From IMG/VR virus record IMGVR_UViG_3300017963_000192, positions 153,704 to 217,703 of that record: a stretch of 64,000 bases of DNA, one strand, 5' to 3'. Positions 63,743-64,000 of this stretch are shown here, piece by piece. The position numbers were made by a program, and so were the translations under genes. The notes beneath the pieces were generated by a model. That model did not search any database. It was not told where the DNA came from and was given only the letters and a program-made list of their open reading frames with translations. Within the stretch, counting starts at the first letter, position 1. Each line of letters begins with the position of its first letter.

Positions 63743-63957
63743 AATTAACCTCCTTGAAATATTACCTGTTTTGGTTTTATTTAAATACACATTAAAGCTC
63801 TGAAACTTTTATCTACCTATAGTATCGACACCTCTACCATTTTACTTTAGTACTTTTTTGTTTACTTTAATACTTTTTTGTGACCAACAATATATTTATA
63901 TAAACATAAAACTACTATGTGTACATAACCCCTATTTTTGACATTTGCGAATAACGA

Positions 63958-64000
63958 CGCCTAAACCTTCGCCTAAACCTTCGCCTAAACCTTCGCCTAA
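63958..64000. repeat. 12-bp tandem repeat (CGCCTAAACCTT)n running off the window end
   Basis: Three perfect copies plus a partial fourth. Confidence 0.9.

Noticed and set aside
1-64000. Genome-wide stop-codon reassignment (code 4 or 15)
   Set aside because: Long essential genes are uninterrupted in code 11, and many genes end at TAG or TGA exactly where the next begins; only two local in-frame stop cases were found
1-64000. CRISPR array, tRNA or rRNA genes, including tRNA-Sec
   Set aside because: No repeat-spacer periodicity or cloverleaf/T-loop motifs recognised by eye; a tRNAscan run is still advisable

Overview
AT-rich, densely coded segment of a large (jumbo-type) tailed dsDNA phage genome, read with the standard genetic code. 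The left ~46 kb (+ strand) is a DNA-metabolism, replication and packaging arm: SbcC/Rad50 ATPase end, HNH-dUTPase fusion, class II ribonucleotide reductase (4 inteins), nucleotidyltransferase, SSB, RuvC, adenine MTase, UDG-PolA fusion (3 inteins), beta-clamp, RecA, DnaC-like loader, DnaB (1 intein), primase, a tubulin/FtsZ-family GTPase, SF2 helicase, a sigma factor and terminase large subunit (1 intein). The right ~18 kb (- strand) holds small accessory or early-type genes with sigma70-type promoters, and the window ends in a 12-bp tandem repeat. Three observations stand out. (1) A 143-codon Cys-rich gene missed by the ORF track (48181..47750) has an in-frame UGA in a C-x-x-U context followed directly by SECIS-like hairpins, making it a candidate phage selenoprotein. 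(2) A promoter-to-terminator ~160-nt RNA exposes an anti-Shine-Dalgarno loop complementary to an extended RBS shared by four phage genes. (3) Several enzymes look deactivated (an ACP with Ser->Asp, a dead metallophosphatase), and there is an RHH-tubulin operon with repeated TGTATACA boxes. All product calls come from motif recognition by eye; no database searches were run.
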